This document shows positions 19,405-29,928 of a stretch of 64,000 nucleotides of DNA, in pieces. Origin of the DNA: an uncultured bacterium (lineage in GTDB: Bacteria; Margulisbacteria; Termititenacia; CAZZFK01); contig CAZZFK010000001.1 of NCBI GenBank assembly GCA_964653455.1, forward strand, positions 158,179-222,178, read 5' to 3'. The notes beneath the pieces were generated by a model. The model ran no database searches. It was not told where the DNA came from and worked only from the letters and a program-made list of their open reading frames with translations. Within the stretch, counting starts at the first letter, position 1; every line of letters starts with the position of its first letter. The position numbers were made by a program, and so were the translations under genes.

Positions 19405-20130
19405 GTGAATATTCGTATACAGAAATATCTCTCCGAAAAAGGCATCACATCCCGCCGCAACGCCGAATCATGGATAGCTTCCGGATTCATCTCGGTCAAT
19501 GGGACCGTCGTGACCGAGCCCGGCACCCGTATCGATCCTGATAAGGATACCGTGACCATCGCCCCGGAAGCATTGAAAGAAGAACTGCACTATTATCTCT
19601 TCAACAAGCCCAAAGGCATCGTGACCGTGAACCCGCACCCCGGGGAGCAGGCGATCGGTGATATCGTGGAACTGCCGAACTCTGTCGTCCCTGTCGGCAG
19701 GCTCGATAAGGATTCCTCCGGGCTCATACTGCTCACCAACGACGGAGTGGTCGCACGGCGTATCATGGACCCGGCATTCGAACACGAAAAAGAATACGAG
19801 GTCCTCTTCCATACTAAAATAACGGATGAAGCCCTGGAGCAGATTTCCCAAGGCATGGTCATTCTGGGAGAAAGAACGCGCCCGGTACTGGTGACCCGGC
19901 TCGGTCCCGCGCGCGCCCGTATGGTGCTCACCGAGGGCAAGAACCGCCAGATCAGACGCATGTGCGACAAGGTCGGGTTCCCGGTCAAGGAATTAAAACG
20001 AGTAAGACTGCTCTCGTTCCATGATACCGGACTCATACCAGGCAAGCTCAAGGAACTGAAGCCGGACGAAGTCCAGGAACTCTACCGTACCCTTGAGCTC
20101 ACGTTCCGGACCAACATGTTAAGTGCATAA
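19405..20130 (+). CDS. rRNA pseudouridine synthase (RsuA/RluB/RluF family)
   Basis: N-terminal S4 domain (IRIQKYLSEKGITSRRNAESWIASGFISVNG) and catalytic motif VGRLDKDSSGLILLTNDG; GTG start with AGGTG upstream. Confidence 0.9.
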   Translation: MNIRIQKYLSEKGITSRRNAESWIASGFISVNGTVVTEPGTRIDPDKDTVTIAPEALKEELHYYLFNKPKGIVTVNPHPGEQAIGDIVELPNSVVPVGRLDKDSSGLILLTNDGVVARRIMDPAFEHEKEYEVLFHTKITDEALEQISQGMVILGERTRPVLVTRLGPARARMVLTEGKNRQIRRMCDKVGFPVKELKRVRLLSFHDTGLIPGKLKELKPDEVQELYRTLELTFRTNMLSA

Positions 20131-20244
20131 GAACAATACTAAAATACATGCAATAATCCGCTACGGAAACCGAGTACCTACCAGGTCCTCACCGGAAGGA
20201 CATATTATTTATTTTGTGCCACGCATCGGAGATTTGAGCATCTC

Positions 20245-23200
20245 ATGTACAGACCTGCGAACCATAAGATCATAGCGGCGATCGAAGAGCCTGTCGTACG
20301 AGCTGGACGGCAAAGGACCGTCCTTGTCATAGATGATGAACCCGACATGTGCTCATTTTTAAGTAACGCGCTCATGGAATTCGGCTTTGCGGTCTTGACC
20401 GCACAAGACAGCGGACACGGACTTGAACTGTTCAAACAACACCGCCCGGACCTGATACTGCTCGACCTGAACTTCCCTCAGTATATGCCCTGCGGGGAGA
20501 ACATACTTAAGGAGGTCGTTTCTTTTGATCCCATCACTCCCGTTCTGATATTCACAGGAGCCCCGGTGACGCCGGAAATGGCCTCCGAGCTGACACTGAC
20601 CGGGGCCAAGGGATTCCTGACCAAACCGTTCAAGGACCTCAATGGACTGAGAATGATCATCAATGAACGCATCAAGGAAGCGGACAATATCCGGTTCATC
20701 AAACATACCGAAACAGTCGGATATCAGCGGATCTACCATGAACTGGTACGGAGCCAAAAAGAGTTCGAAGCGCTCGTCATGAACACCTCGACCTCCATAT
20801 TCGAATATGCGAACGGACATTTTGTTTTTTTAAATCCTTCGTTCGAAAAAGAGATCGGCTACCCTCTGAAGGACCTGCAAGAGCTGGACCTGCATACCTT
20901 CGTCCACCCCGACTCACACGCGGCCATTGATGAACATGTGAAGCATTGTTTTGACCATCCGTACCAGGAACATCGTACAGAGCTGAAGCTGATGACCAGC
21001 AGCGGCACCATCCGCTGGGTCAAAGTGGTCTCGATCGTGGTCGACCTGGACGATACGCCGACGCTCATCGGTTCTGCGAGCGATATCACTGTACGAAAAG
21101 AGGAGCTTCGCCGCATATCGATACTCGAATCGCTCTTTCGGGAGCATTTGAGGTCCATCCCGGTCGCAGAGATGCCTGAACTGATCGCCCGCACGCTCCT
21201 GGAGCTTTCATCTGCCTCCACGGTGGCCGTGAACATATTCGACCCGGACACCAAAGAGATGACAATTGCCAATATTTCCGGTAATGAGGACCTGCTCGAA
21301 CAGGTCTGGCAGGAATACCAGGTCCCGTTCGTGAAACGCGGACATCAATTCAAGATAGATGATCTCTCGATACAGGCTTTGCGCTCTGATACCCTGATCA
21401 CTATACCACAGGGGCTCTATACACTCTGGGGGAAGGCCGAACCAAAAACAACCTGCCTTGAAGTAGAAGAACGCTGCGGCATCAGGTCCGTCCTCACACA
21501 AGGACTGGTCAATGAAGGTAGGCTCATCGGCAATATCGTTATCATGGCCAGACAGGACCGGGATAACCCTCCGATGAACAAACCTCAGATCAGCATCATG
21601 ATCAGGCTTTTCGCGCTCATGTGGCAGGAACGGATAAAAACAGAACAGCTTTCGCTGAACGAACAGCGCTATCACGCGTTCTTTGATAATATCAGTGATG
21701 CAGCATTGACCCTTAACGCTGCCGGCAAGATAACAGATTGCAACGCTCAGACCGAGACACTGTTCAAATATCCCGCAGAGATGATCCTAAAGGACAGGCG
21801 TACATTATTGAACATCGCCGTACCAGTCACCCCTTCGGACCGGCAAGCGCTCAAGGATATGCGCAAGACCGCACACATGCGCGGTTCGGCGAACGGAGAA
21901 ATAAGGTACAAGAACGGTGACGGGGACATCATCGATACGTTCATCAAGATAAAGACCGACAGCCTCGGGAACCAGTACGTCCTGATCACGGACATCACCG
22001 AACAGAAACGCGCGGAATATCTCCGCGGACATGACGAAGCCACCGGACTCCCGAACTCTCAGAGCTTCCTGAAGGAGCTCGAACGCGCCTATCATGACCA
22101 TACCGTCTCCGGCAAGAACTTCGCGGTCCTGTCCCTGGTCGCCGACTGGGGGGAAATGGATGCGCTCAAATTACGGTATCAGGGACAGAACATCTCAGAG
22201 AAAACGCTCCTTCATCTTTCTCAGGAATTGACCAGGGTCCTCCCCAGCAACACTGTCCTTGCTCGTGGAAAAAAAGAGAACGAGTTCCTGTGCCTCTACC
22301 ATGGCCTACAGGACCCGAAGAACGACAAGCGATTCGAAGAGATATTGAACAAGCTTTCAATACCGATCACGCTCTATCGTTTGCCCCGGACCGAACACAT
22401 CACGTTCAGTATCGGCATCACGACATCGTTCGATCCCGTGCATGATCGTCCCGAGAACATACTCACCAACATGGATACGGCGCGGAAAAAACTGAAAGAT
22501 ATCAAGATCCCGGGCGAAACACATATCTCCTGGTATGACCCAACGCTCGACGAGCAGAACCGCTCTATCCAGGAAATACGCACGTACACCAAAGAGATCG
22601 CACAGAACGGGTTCAAGGATTGTTACCTTAAATACCAGCCTATCTGGGACCACCGGACAAAGACCATTCATGCTGTCGAAGTGCTCTTCCGCTGTGACGA
22701 TCCCAAGTTCAGCAAGAATATCGAGCTCCTGATAAAAATAGCAGAGGAGAACAAGGAGCGCATAACAGCTCTTGATGCCTGGGTCCTCGAACGGGCATGT
22801 ACCGAGGCGCGGGACTGGGGGAACACCAAGATATGTGTCAATGTATCACCTCTCGAACTTGATGAATATTTCCTTGACCGGGTCATCGCTATCACGGACC
22901 GTTGCCGATTCCCCAGACAACGGCTCATTTTTGAGGTCACAGAACGCAGCTTCGTTAATGCTCAAAGCATTGATATCCTTCGCGCACTGGTACGGAACGG
23001 TATCGAGCTATCCGTCGATGATTTCCTTTCAGGTAATGCCACGTTCCACAACGTGAGCTTGTATTCGGACTGTATCCATTACGTGAAACTCGATAAAGGG
23101 GTCGTGAACGACCTTGAGAATGCACATACATTGCCTGACCGGGGCAAAAGCATGCTCGGCATAACCGAAGGTATGATAGAAACGTTCCATACAAAAGTTG

Positions 23201-23361
23201 GACGGCTCATCAGGGTCATAGGGGAAGGGATCGATTCGGCGAACATCGTACAACTCCTGAAGAACATCGATGTGGACCTTATGCAGGGGTACTTTCTTGG
23301 CCGTCCGGAAAATGCTAAGACCTTCGCCAAACGTTTCAACAGGAAAAAACATGCGAAATAA
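20245..23361 (+). CDS. response-regulator receiver / PAS / degenerate GGDEF / EAL protein (probable c-di-GMP phosphodiesterase)
   Basis: N-terminal REC domain (VLVIDDEPDM ... PDLILLDLNFP); EAL motifs EVLFR, DDFLSGNATF, VKLDKG, GEGID...QGYFLGRPE; the GGDEF position reads KKENEF (degenerate). Confidence 0.8.
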   Translation: MYRPANHKIIAAIEEPVVRAGRQRTVLVIDDEPDMCSFLSNALMEFGFAVLTAQDSGHGLELFKQHRPDLILLDLNFPQYMPCGENILKEVVSFDPITPVLIFTGAPVTPEMASELTLTGAKGFLTKPFKDLNGLRMIINERIKEADNIRFIKHTETVGYQRIYHELVRSQKEFEALVMNTSTSIFEYANGHFVFLNPSFEKEIGYPLKDLQELDLHTFVHPDSHAAIDEHVKHCFDHPYQEHRTELKLMTSSGTIRWVKVVSIVVDLDDTPTLIGSASDITVRKEELRRISILESLFREHLRSIPVAEMPELIARTLLELSSASTVAVNIFDPDTKEMTIANISGNEDLLEQVWQEYQVPFVKRGHQFKIDDLSIQALRSDTLITIPQGLYTLWGKAEPKTTCLEVEERCGIRSVLTQGLVNEGRLIGNIVIMARQDRDNPPMNKPQISIMIRLFALMWQERIKTEQLSLNEQRYHAFFDNISDAALTLNAAGKITDCNAQTETLFKYPAEMILKDRRTLLNIAVPVTPSDRQALKDMRKTAHMRGSANGEIRYKNGDGDIIDTFIKIKTDSLGNQYVLITDITEQKRAEYLRGHDEATGLPNSQSFLKELERAYHDHTVSGKNFAVLSLVADWGEMDALKLRYQGQNISEKTLLHLSQELTRVLPSNTVLARGKKENEFLCLYHGLQDPKNDKRFEEILNKLSIPITLYRLPRTEHITFSIGITTSFDPVHDRPENILTNMDTARKKLKDIKIPGETHISWYDPTLDEQNRSIQEIRTYTKEIAQNGFKDCYLKYQPIWDHRTKTIHAVEVLFRCDDPKFSKNIELLIKIAEENKERITALDAWVLERACTEARDWGNTKICVNVSPLELDEYFLDRVIAITDRCRFPRQRLIFEVTERSFVNAQSIDILRALVRNGIELSVDDFLSGNATFHNVSLYSDCIHYVKLDKGVVNDLENAHTLPDRGKSMLGITEGMIETFHTKVGRLIRVIGEGIDSANIVQLLKNIDVDLMQGYFLGRPENAKTFAKRFNRKKHAK

Positions 23362-26300
23362 CAGGAACAGGCTCTTTCATTCCAAGATCATCGCAGATAT
23401 ACATCGCGAACTCTTTATGACCAAAGGGAAGTTGAACCTTTTGCGCCATCAGAACGAACGGCAGCGGAAGATCATCTCTGGCCACCAGATCTCGGAACAA
23501 AAGCTCAAAGAACAGGTGGTATCCCTGCGAGCACAGATCGAAACCCTGAGAACAGAGAATATTGTGCTTTCCAAGACCCATACAGAGCTCAAAGAATGCC
23601 AGCTGACCATGCACGAAATGACCCAGAACCTGCGGGACATGATCACGTTCACCGACCTCACGGGCCGTATCACGTACAATTCTCCGGTCATTCGCGAGTT
23701 CCTCGGGTACGATCCGGAATATCTCAACGGCCTTTCGATTTTCGACCTCATACACCCTGACGATCGCCAGCACTCGCTCCGGGAGTTCAATGAAGCGATC
23801 GCACAACGTCAACCCCGGACGGCCATCATACGTTTCAGACACAAGGACGGACACTACCTGTGGCTTGAATCGAGCGGCAATTATATCCCTGACGACGCCG
23901 GCGGTATCAGCAAGCTCATCTTCTCGAGCCGGGACATCAGTGAAAGGCTCTCGCTTTATGAAATGATCGGCAAACAACAGCAGCTCCTTCAGATGATCAC
24001 GGAGAACATGCGGGACATGCTCTCCGTTGTCACCCCGGACCTTCGGTTCACCTATGTGAGCGCCTCGAATTTCAAGGTGCTCGGCTATGCTCCGAAGGAC
24101 CTGACCGGGATCTCACTGCTCTCTATCCTTCACCCCGACGACGCGCATAACGTGGCACAGCTCTTCTCCCTGCTCCGCCAGACCGGCATGGAAGAGACCG
24201 CCACAGAGGTCCGTTGCAGAAGATCGGACGGCAGTTATCTCTGGGTGGAGACCGTGATCAACGTGGTATTCAGCACACCGGGGACCATAGAACATATCAT
24301 CCTCTCGAGCAGAGAATGTACAGAACGTAAACGGATCGAGGCCGAACTTGAACTGGAACGCTACTACAGCCGTGAGATCATAGATAAGAACATCATCCCG
24401 TTCTTCGAGATCGACCTGGACGGCTATATGCACGATGCCAATCAGGCAATGGCGGACATGCTGGGTCGTCCGCTGCATGAGCTCAAACCGCGCCCGATCC
24501 CACTTGAGGCCATACAAAAGGCCATCGGACGTTCCGGTATCCGCTGGGAGGACCTTGTCTCCATGGACAAGAACAATACGTTCATTTTCAAGAAGAACAG
24601 CCTCTCCTCGATCTGCAACACTGCCCCTGATTCAGCTGAACGAAAAGCATTGCTCTCTCTCATCAGATCTTCTTTTGGACCGAAATATTCCGATCTTGTC
24701 GGACCAAAACATGCACGAACATCCTGGAACGCGTTCAAAGAGGTCTTTGAAACCAAACGGTCCCGTTCGACATATGACCTGCCCATTACCGGCAAAGATG
24801 AACGGATCGGGGAGACCTCTATAAATCTTCGCTATGAGAACGAGCGGATCATCGGCTACTTCGGCTTCATCCGGGACGTCACCGAGATACGTAAGACCGA
24901 GCAGGAAAAACAGATGGTGGCACATATCATCTCCAATACCGTGGACAGGACGGATACGATCGTATACCAGCTCGACAGAGACGGATATATGACATACACG
25001 AACAACGCCATCCATAAAAGAAGAGCGAAAGAGCTCGAAATGCTCAAGACCGATCACAAACGACTGCATTATCTGGAGTTCGTTGTCCCTGAATACCGTG
25101 CGTTCGTCAGGGACCATTATGAAAAACTACTGGCCGAGCACGCTCTCCTGCTAAAAAACAACCCGCACGTTCGGGCCGCCGACATCCCCCCTCTGTCGCC
25201 GTTCCTGGAGTTCCCTGTCCAGATCGGAGAGAGCACCCTCTGGATCTCACAAGCTATCACTGTCGAGCTCGATGAAACCACACGGGAGATCACGCGCGTG
25301 AACGCAATAGCACATAATATCACTGACCGAAAACTCGCGGAGCTCGAAAGAGAAAAAGCAGACAAACAAAAAGAACGGGCGGAACAAGAGCTCCGCAACA
25401 GCCATGAACAGATGAAAAAAGTGCTTGATCAGCTCCATGAAGCAGCGATCATTCAGGGAAGCGACGGGATCACGCTCATCAACGAAGCGTTCGCGAACAT
25501 GGTCGGACTGACAAAAAAAGATATTCTCGGCTCCCATCCTGTCGAATACGTACCAGAAGATTTCATTCCGGCCTTTTTGGACCAATACATACCCGGCACG
25601 TCCCCGATCCCTGAAGAAATGACACTGCTCAGTACCACTAAAGGCACCATCCCGGTCAAGCCCAGCCACTCACTGCTGACCGAAGGCCAACAGACCGATG
25701 AACCATTACATCTATGGACGTTCCTTGATCTGACCGAACGTAAAGAAAGGATCAACAGTGCTCTCCGTGATGAACTGACCGGTCTTCCGCAAAGAGGATT
25801 GTTCAAGGAATATTTCATGAACGCCGTCGCAGAAGCAAAACGGGCCAAGAACGCAGGGCTCCCGTATTTCATTTCCATGTTCTTCATCGACATCAATAAG
25901 TTCAAAGAATATAACGATAAGCTCGGATACTATGAAGGCGGAGATCCGGCCATTAAGACCGCCGGAAGGATAGCCAGCCAGTGCATGCGGGAGACCGACC
26001 ACTTCGCACGCTGGGGTGGGGATGAGTTCATCGGACTGCTGGAGAATATCGACGGAGGAACGGAGAACGTGCTTCAAAAGATCATGGCCAGTGCGCTCGT
26101 GAAGGACCTCCGGTTCAGCATCGGAGTGTATCATGATGACCTGACCGCTCTTGACCTTTCAGACCAGAACAAGCTTTTTGATGAATGTATCAGAAAGATA
26201 ACCATAGCGGAAGAAAAAGCAAAACAACTGAGCGCCCTTCACCCTGTCTCCGTGACGATCAACGACAAGACCCTGAATCTGACAGATAATTATTGTTATT

Positions 26301-26422
26301 ATTACGGGAGCGACACCGAGGGCAAGCCGCCGCTGCATAAACGGCCGTTCCTCAAGTTCAGACAGATGTCCGTTCTGAACAAACAATACCTCAAAGCTGT
26401 CTGGAAGATCCTGCGCGGCTGA
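23351..26422 (+). CDS. multi-PAS sensor diguanylate cyclase (GGDEF)
   Basis: C-terminal RDELTGLPQRGLF ... RWGGDEFIGLL is an intact GGDEF domain; several PAS-like repeats and a coiled-coil N-terminus; start placed at ATG 23351 (AGGAAAA upstream), overlapping the previous stop by 11 nt. Confidence 0.8.
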   Translation: MRNNRNRLFHSKIIADIHRELFMTKGKLNLLRHQNERQRKIISGHQISEQKLKEQVVSLRAQIETLRTENIVLSKTHTELKECQLTMHEMTQNLRDMITFTDLTGRITYNSPVIREFLGYDPEYLNGLSIFDLIHPDDRQHSLREFNEAIAQRQPRTAIIRFRHKDGHYLWLESSGNYIPDDAGGISKLIFSSRDISERLSLYEMIGKQQQLLQMITENMRDMLSVVTPDLRFTYVSASNFKVLGYAPKDLTGISLLSILHPDDAHNVAQLFSLLRQTGMEETATEVRCRRSDGSYLWVETVINVVFSTPGTIEHIILSSRECTERKRIEAELELERYYSREIIDKNIIPFFEIDLDGYMHDANQAMADMLGRPLHELKPRPIPLEAIQKAIGRSGIRWEDLVSMDKNNTFIFKKNSLSSICNTAPDSAERKALLSLIRSSFGPKYSDLVGPKHARTSWNAFKEVFETKRSRSTYDLPITGKDERIGETSINLRYENERIIGYFGFIRDVTEIRKTEQEKQMVAHIISNTVDRTDTIVYQLDRDGYMTYTNNAIHKRRAKELEMLKTDHKRLHYLEFVVPEYRAFVRDHYEKLLAEHALLLKNNPHVRAADIPPLSPFLEFPVQIGESTLWISQAITVELDETTREITRVNAIAHNITDRKLAELEREKADKQKERAEQELRNSHEQMKKVLDQLHEAAIIQGSDGITLINEAFANMVGLTKKDILGSHPVEYVPEDFIPAFLDQYIPGTSPIPEEMTLLSTTKGTIPVKPSHSLLTEGQQTDEPLHLWTFLDLTERKERINSALRDELTGLPQRGLFKEYFMNAVAEAKRAKNAGLPYFISMFFIDINKFKEYNDKLGYYEGGDPAIKTAGRIASQCMRETDHFARWGGDEFIGLLENIDGGTENVLQKIMASALVKDLRFSIGVYHDDLTALDLSDQNKLFDECIRKITIAEEKAKQLSALHPVSVTINDKTLNLTDNYCYYYGSDTEGKPPLHKRPFLKFRQMSVLNKQYLKAVWKILRG

Positions 26423-27361
26423 TCAGCGCAATAACCCCTGAATGATCATTTCAACCGCGTCATCTTCGGATAACCCTCGTGACATGAGCGTATCGAGCTG
26501 CTTTGAATCGACGCTGCCGATGGCCGCCTCATGGGTAACGTGCGCCTTGGGATCACGGACATCCACGATCGGTACGGCTTTTGCGGTCGCGTTCCCCTGC
26601 ACGATCTCTTTACAATCCACATGTCCGCGGGCATACGGGGCGGTTGCGGTCATCACATTATATATCTCACCTTGAGCATGCTCACGTAAGGCCACACGGG
26701 ACGTCAGCACACCTCGAGCCCCTTCTCCGATAAGTGCCGCTGATTCTTTTATTTTGACGATATCATTCTCGCGGCCGTTGATGCGCGCGTTCATTTCCAT
26801 AACGCTCTCGGCCTTGCAGGTCGTATCATAATCGATATCGATGAGGCCGACGCGGCCGGAGACCAGCTCGAACTCCGTCTTGAAACGTGCACCCTTCTCG
26901 AGCATGACCCGGGCCTTCGGGAACACCTTGATACCACCGTGCGGACCATGGATATGCTTCTCAAGGTAGGAATACTCAGCTTCTTCACCGATATGGATCT
27001 GCGCGTCCATGATATGCTGAAGATCAACAGCTTCCGGGAACACACAGTGGGCCAGGATACTGACCTTGGAACGCTTTCCGAGCTTCATGTCCATAACGAT
27101 ACGTTGCACTCCGGTCTTCGGGAGCATACCGAAACAGATCTGCACGGGGTGCTCTATTTTTGTATCGTCCTGTAGGACAAAATGCACGTCGACACCATCA
27201 GGAAGTTCTTTAACATCGACGGTCAGCCCGGGAAGCACACGCGAAGTGATGACCTTATTGAAATGGATGAACAGATGCGCGATCCCTTTATTCTCAAGGT
27301 CCGCAAGGTTCGTATGTGCGGCTTCCGCCAACGTACGTGCCAGGTCCTTCAGTTCGCTCAT
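26423..27361 (-). CDS. Fe-S cluster assembly protein, SufB/SufD family (short form)
   Basis: C-terminal HVDCKEIVQGNA ... THEAAIGSVD..QL..LMSRGLSEDDA matches the SufB/SufD signature; start set at MSELKDL (ATG 27361) forming an ATGA overlap with the sufC stop. Confidence 0.75.
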   Translation of the reverse strand: MSELKDLARTLAEAAHTNLADLENKGIAHLFIHFNKVITSRVLPGLTVDVKELPDGVDVHFVLQDDTKIEHPVQICFGMLPKTGVQRIVMDMKLGKRSKVSILAHCVFPEAVDLQHIMDAQIHIGEEAEYSYLEKHIHGPHGGIKVFPKARVMLEKGARFKTEFELVSGRVGLIDIDYDTTCKAESVMEMNARINGRENDIVKIKESAALIGEGARGVLTSRVALREHAQGEIYNVMTATAPYARGHVDCKEIVQGNATAKAVPIVDVRDPKAHVTHEAAIGSVDSKQLDTLMSRGLSEDDAVEMIIQGLLR

Positions 27362-28092
27362 AGGTTCTCCACGATGTCCGGCGCGTTCACGTGATCGCAC
27401 GGGATGCATTTATTCTCGAAGTACGGGACGATCTTATCGACAGGTCCTTTATCCACGACCTTGCCATGGCACAACAGGAACGCATGCTCCGCCTGCCGGA
27501 GAACAGAAAGACTATGAGTGATGAGCAGGATGGTCACGCCGCGCTGCTTGAGAACGCGAAAGATCTCATAGATCTTGACCAGCGAAGCGATATCGATACC
27601 GGAATCCGGCTCGTCCATCATCACCAGTTTCGCGTCCATGGCAACGATAGATGCGAGCTCGACCTTCTTGCGTTCTCCTCCGCTCAAGGTCTTATCCACC
27701 GAACGGGTGAGATATTGGACAGGCGCAAGGCCTGCCAGATCGAGGACATGTTTTGCATGCTCCTCGCTCTTGTCCTTCGCGCCGGCCAGGACGAAATCCT
27801 TCACGGAAAGACCTTCATACCGTGCTGGGTCCTGCCAGGCGAGCGTGATGCCGAGCTTTCCCCTCTCATCGACGGACAGAGCATTGATGTTCTTCCCGTT
27901 AAAGATGATGTCGCCAGTGATATGCCGGTACCCGCCAAGCCCCATGATGGTATAGGCGAGCGTGGATTTTCCGGCGCCGTTGGGACCGACCACGGCATGG
28001 ACATGGCCTTCCCAGATATCCATGGTAACGCCGTTCAGGATGTTCTTATGCTCGACCGCAAGGCCGACATTGTTGAGCTGCAGGATTCCCAT
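27358..28092 (-). CDS. sufC: Fe-S cluster assembly ATPase SufC
   Basis: Walker A GPNGAGKST, signature LSGGERKK, Walker B LVMMDEPDSGIDIA and the SufC-type N-terminus; start set at MGILQLNNV rather than the track's GTG extension. Confidence 0.85.
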   Translation of the reverse strand: MGILQLNNVGLAVEHKNILNGVTMDIWEGHVHAVVGPNGAGKSTLAYTIMGLGGYRHITGDIIFNGKNINALSVDERGKLGITLAWQDPARYEGLSVKDFVLAGAKDKSEEHAKHVLDLAGLAPVQYLTRSVDKTLSGGERKKVELASIVAMDAKLVMMDEPDSGIDIASLVKIYEIFRVLKQRGVTILLITHSLSVLRQAEHAFLLCHGKVVDKGPVDKIVPYFENKCIPCDHVNAPDIVENL

Positions 28093-28141
28093 ATATGGAA
28101 TTATTGTAGCATCCGCATGGCACTCCACAACAGGACCCCGG

Positions 28142-28185
28142 TTGACATTTTAGTTAACATATGTTAACTATTTACATATGTTAAC
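28142..28185. promoter_or_regulatory. divergent promoter/operator region with palindromic repeats (GTTAACATATGTTAAC)
   Basis: TTGACA at 28142-28147; perfect 16-bp palindrome at 28153-28168 and a second ACATATGTTAAC copy at 28174-28185, between the divergent sufC and MarR genes and overlapping the MarR start. Confidence 0.4.
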
Positions 28186-28624
28186 TAACTCCTCTTCCGC
28201 AAAAGCCGCCTCCGCCGCGAACCTGCTGAGCGAGCTCGTCCCGGTCATTCTGCAGGGCGTTCAATTCAGCATCATCTCACAGAACAATCTATCCACTACT
28301 CAATTCTTCATCATGATAGTCATTGACCGACCGGGCAAGATCACTATGTCGGCGCTGGCCAAACGGATGCAAATGTCCCTTCCGCGCGCCACCGGACTGG
28401 TGAACCGGCTCATCAAACAGGACCTGCTCGAACGCAACACCACACTGGAAGACCGAAGACTGGTCATCGTATCGCTCACTGCAAAAGGGAAAAAACTGAT
28501 AGAAAGCTATAAAAAGCTCATCCGGAACCGCTGGCAGGAAGTCCTTGAGGGTATGAACAACCGCGATATAAGTACGTTCTCAAGCTTCGTAAAAAAACTC
28601 CTGACAAAGGTGAAAATGCCATGA
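28178..28624 (+). CDS. MarR-family transcriptional regulator
   Basis: Winged-helix region TTQFF...GKITMSALAKRMQMSLPRATGLVNRLIKQDLLER..TLEDRRLVIVSLTAKGKKL follows the MarR pattern; stop overlaps the next ATG (ATGA). Confidence 0.75.
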   Translation: MLTNSSSAKAASAANLLSELVPVILQGVQFSIISQNNLSTTQFFIMIVIDRPGKITMSALAKRMQMSLPRATGLVNRLIKQDLLERNTTLEDRRLVIVSLTAKGKKLIESYKKLIRNRWQEVLEGMNNRDISTFSSFVKKLLTKVKMP

Positions 28625-29928
28625 AAAAGCCCTTATACATCATCACGGCACTGGTGCTCATACTGACAGTATCTTTTTCCGCTTGTGCCGGAACAATAGA
28701 GGACCTTGTTGCTGCCGCGCTCAAGAACAATCCGACGGTCAGGTCCGCTGAAGCCCGTGAAAAAAAGGCCGAAGAAGAGAAAAAAGCAGCCTTCAGAAGG
28801 CTCTGGCCCACGCTCTCTCTTGATTCTTCCTATAAGTATGTGAGCAAGGTCAATACCGTAACGATCGAGATGCCGATGGGGATGGGATCAAAAGAGCTCG
28901 AATTCGGTGACCACGACACCTACGACAACGGCATCACACTGTCCTGGCTGCTTTTCAACGGTTTCGCCAAGGAATCTGCGGTATATATCAGCGAGGTCAA
29001 ACGTTCCGCGATGACCTTACAGACCGAAAAGACGAAAAAAGAGATCGCGTTCCGTACCGTTTCCACGTACCTCACCGCCCGCTCGCTCAAGCTCCAGCAG
29101 GAGATCGTTCAAAAAGGACGGGACCGTGCACAGCTCCAATATGAAAAGACTGATGCCTGGGTCAAGAACGATATAACACTGCCGATAGAGCTCATGACGA
29201 TATCGCTCACGCTCTCCAGATATGATCAACAATTACTATCGATCGATTCCTCACTGCATAACGCCGAACAGCAACTGCAGGACCTGACCGGGCTCACACC
29301 TGATGTTCCGACCGATGCGTTCATACTCGCTGAAGACACCCCCGCCGCTCTCAACATCACACGCAACGAAGATATCCAGGCCCTGCTCCTGCAGCACGAT
29401 ATCACCTCCGCCAGCCGCACCATAGCCGGCGCCAAGGATTATCCGGACATCAGCGCCTATACCAGCGCTCGCCGCGGGAAACCGGGCGTGAACCCCGTCG
29501 ATAACGAGTGGATGGATTATTCCGTTGCCGGCATCTTCGCACAATGGAACGTCTGGGATTGGGGCGCCCGCTGGGCGGATACCGCGGCCCAGGACAATGA
29601 ACAACAGAACATCGTTACTCAACGCCAGACACTGGAGGACCAGCTACGCCTTAAGTATGACACTGCCGTACGCGATCATGAGACCATGAAAAAACAGCTT
29701 CAAGTGCTGAAGGAAGCCGCCTCGATCGCCCGGGACCGCATGAAGATCATCGAACAACAGGCGGAGAACGGCATCGTGAGCGCTACGGATTTCCGCGATG
29801 CCGATGCCGACCTCAACCAGGCCGAACTGGCGGTGATGCAACAAGAACTGCTCATCGCCCAAAAGCTGATCGAGATAGACATGATCAGTGGAAGACCGAT
29901 CAAAGAATGGAGGATAAGCCATGATTAA
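28621..29928 (+). CDS. TolC-like outer membrane efflux protein
   Basis: Signal peptide (MKKPLYIITALVLILTVSFSACA), then LVAAALKNNPTV.SAEA, typical of outer membrane factor N-termini; two-repeat architecture of about 435 aa. Confidence 0.7.
   Translation: MKKPLYIITALVLILTVSFSACAGTIEDLVAAALKNNPTVRSAEAREKKAEEEKKAAFRRLWPTLSLDSSYKYVSKVNTVTIEMPMGMGSKELEFGDHDTYDNGITLSWLLFNGFAKESAVYISEVKRSAMTLQTEKTKKEIAFRTVSTYLTARSLKLQQEIVQKGRDRAQLQYEKTDAWVKNDITLPIELMTISLTLSRYDQQLLSIDSSLHNAEQQLQDLTGLTPDVPTDAFILAEDTPAALNITRNEDIQALLLQHDITSASRTIAGAKDYPDISAYTSARRGKPGVNPVDNEWMDYSVAGIFAQWNVWDWGARWADTAAQDNEQQNIVTQRQTLEDQLRLKYDTAVRDHETMKKQLQVLKEAASIARDRMKIIEQQAENGIVSATDFRDADADLNQAELAVMQQELLIAQKLIEIDMISGRPIKEWRISHD

Noticed and set aside
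26420-26425. TGATCA formed by the abutting stop codons of convergent genes (GGDEF gene and sufB/D)
   Set aside because: Coincidental palindrome of two stop codons (TGA on each strand); no evidence of function
27391-28167. 258-aa plus-strand ORF
   Set aside because: Antisense to sufC, which has Walker A/B and signature motifs; shadow ORF
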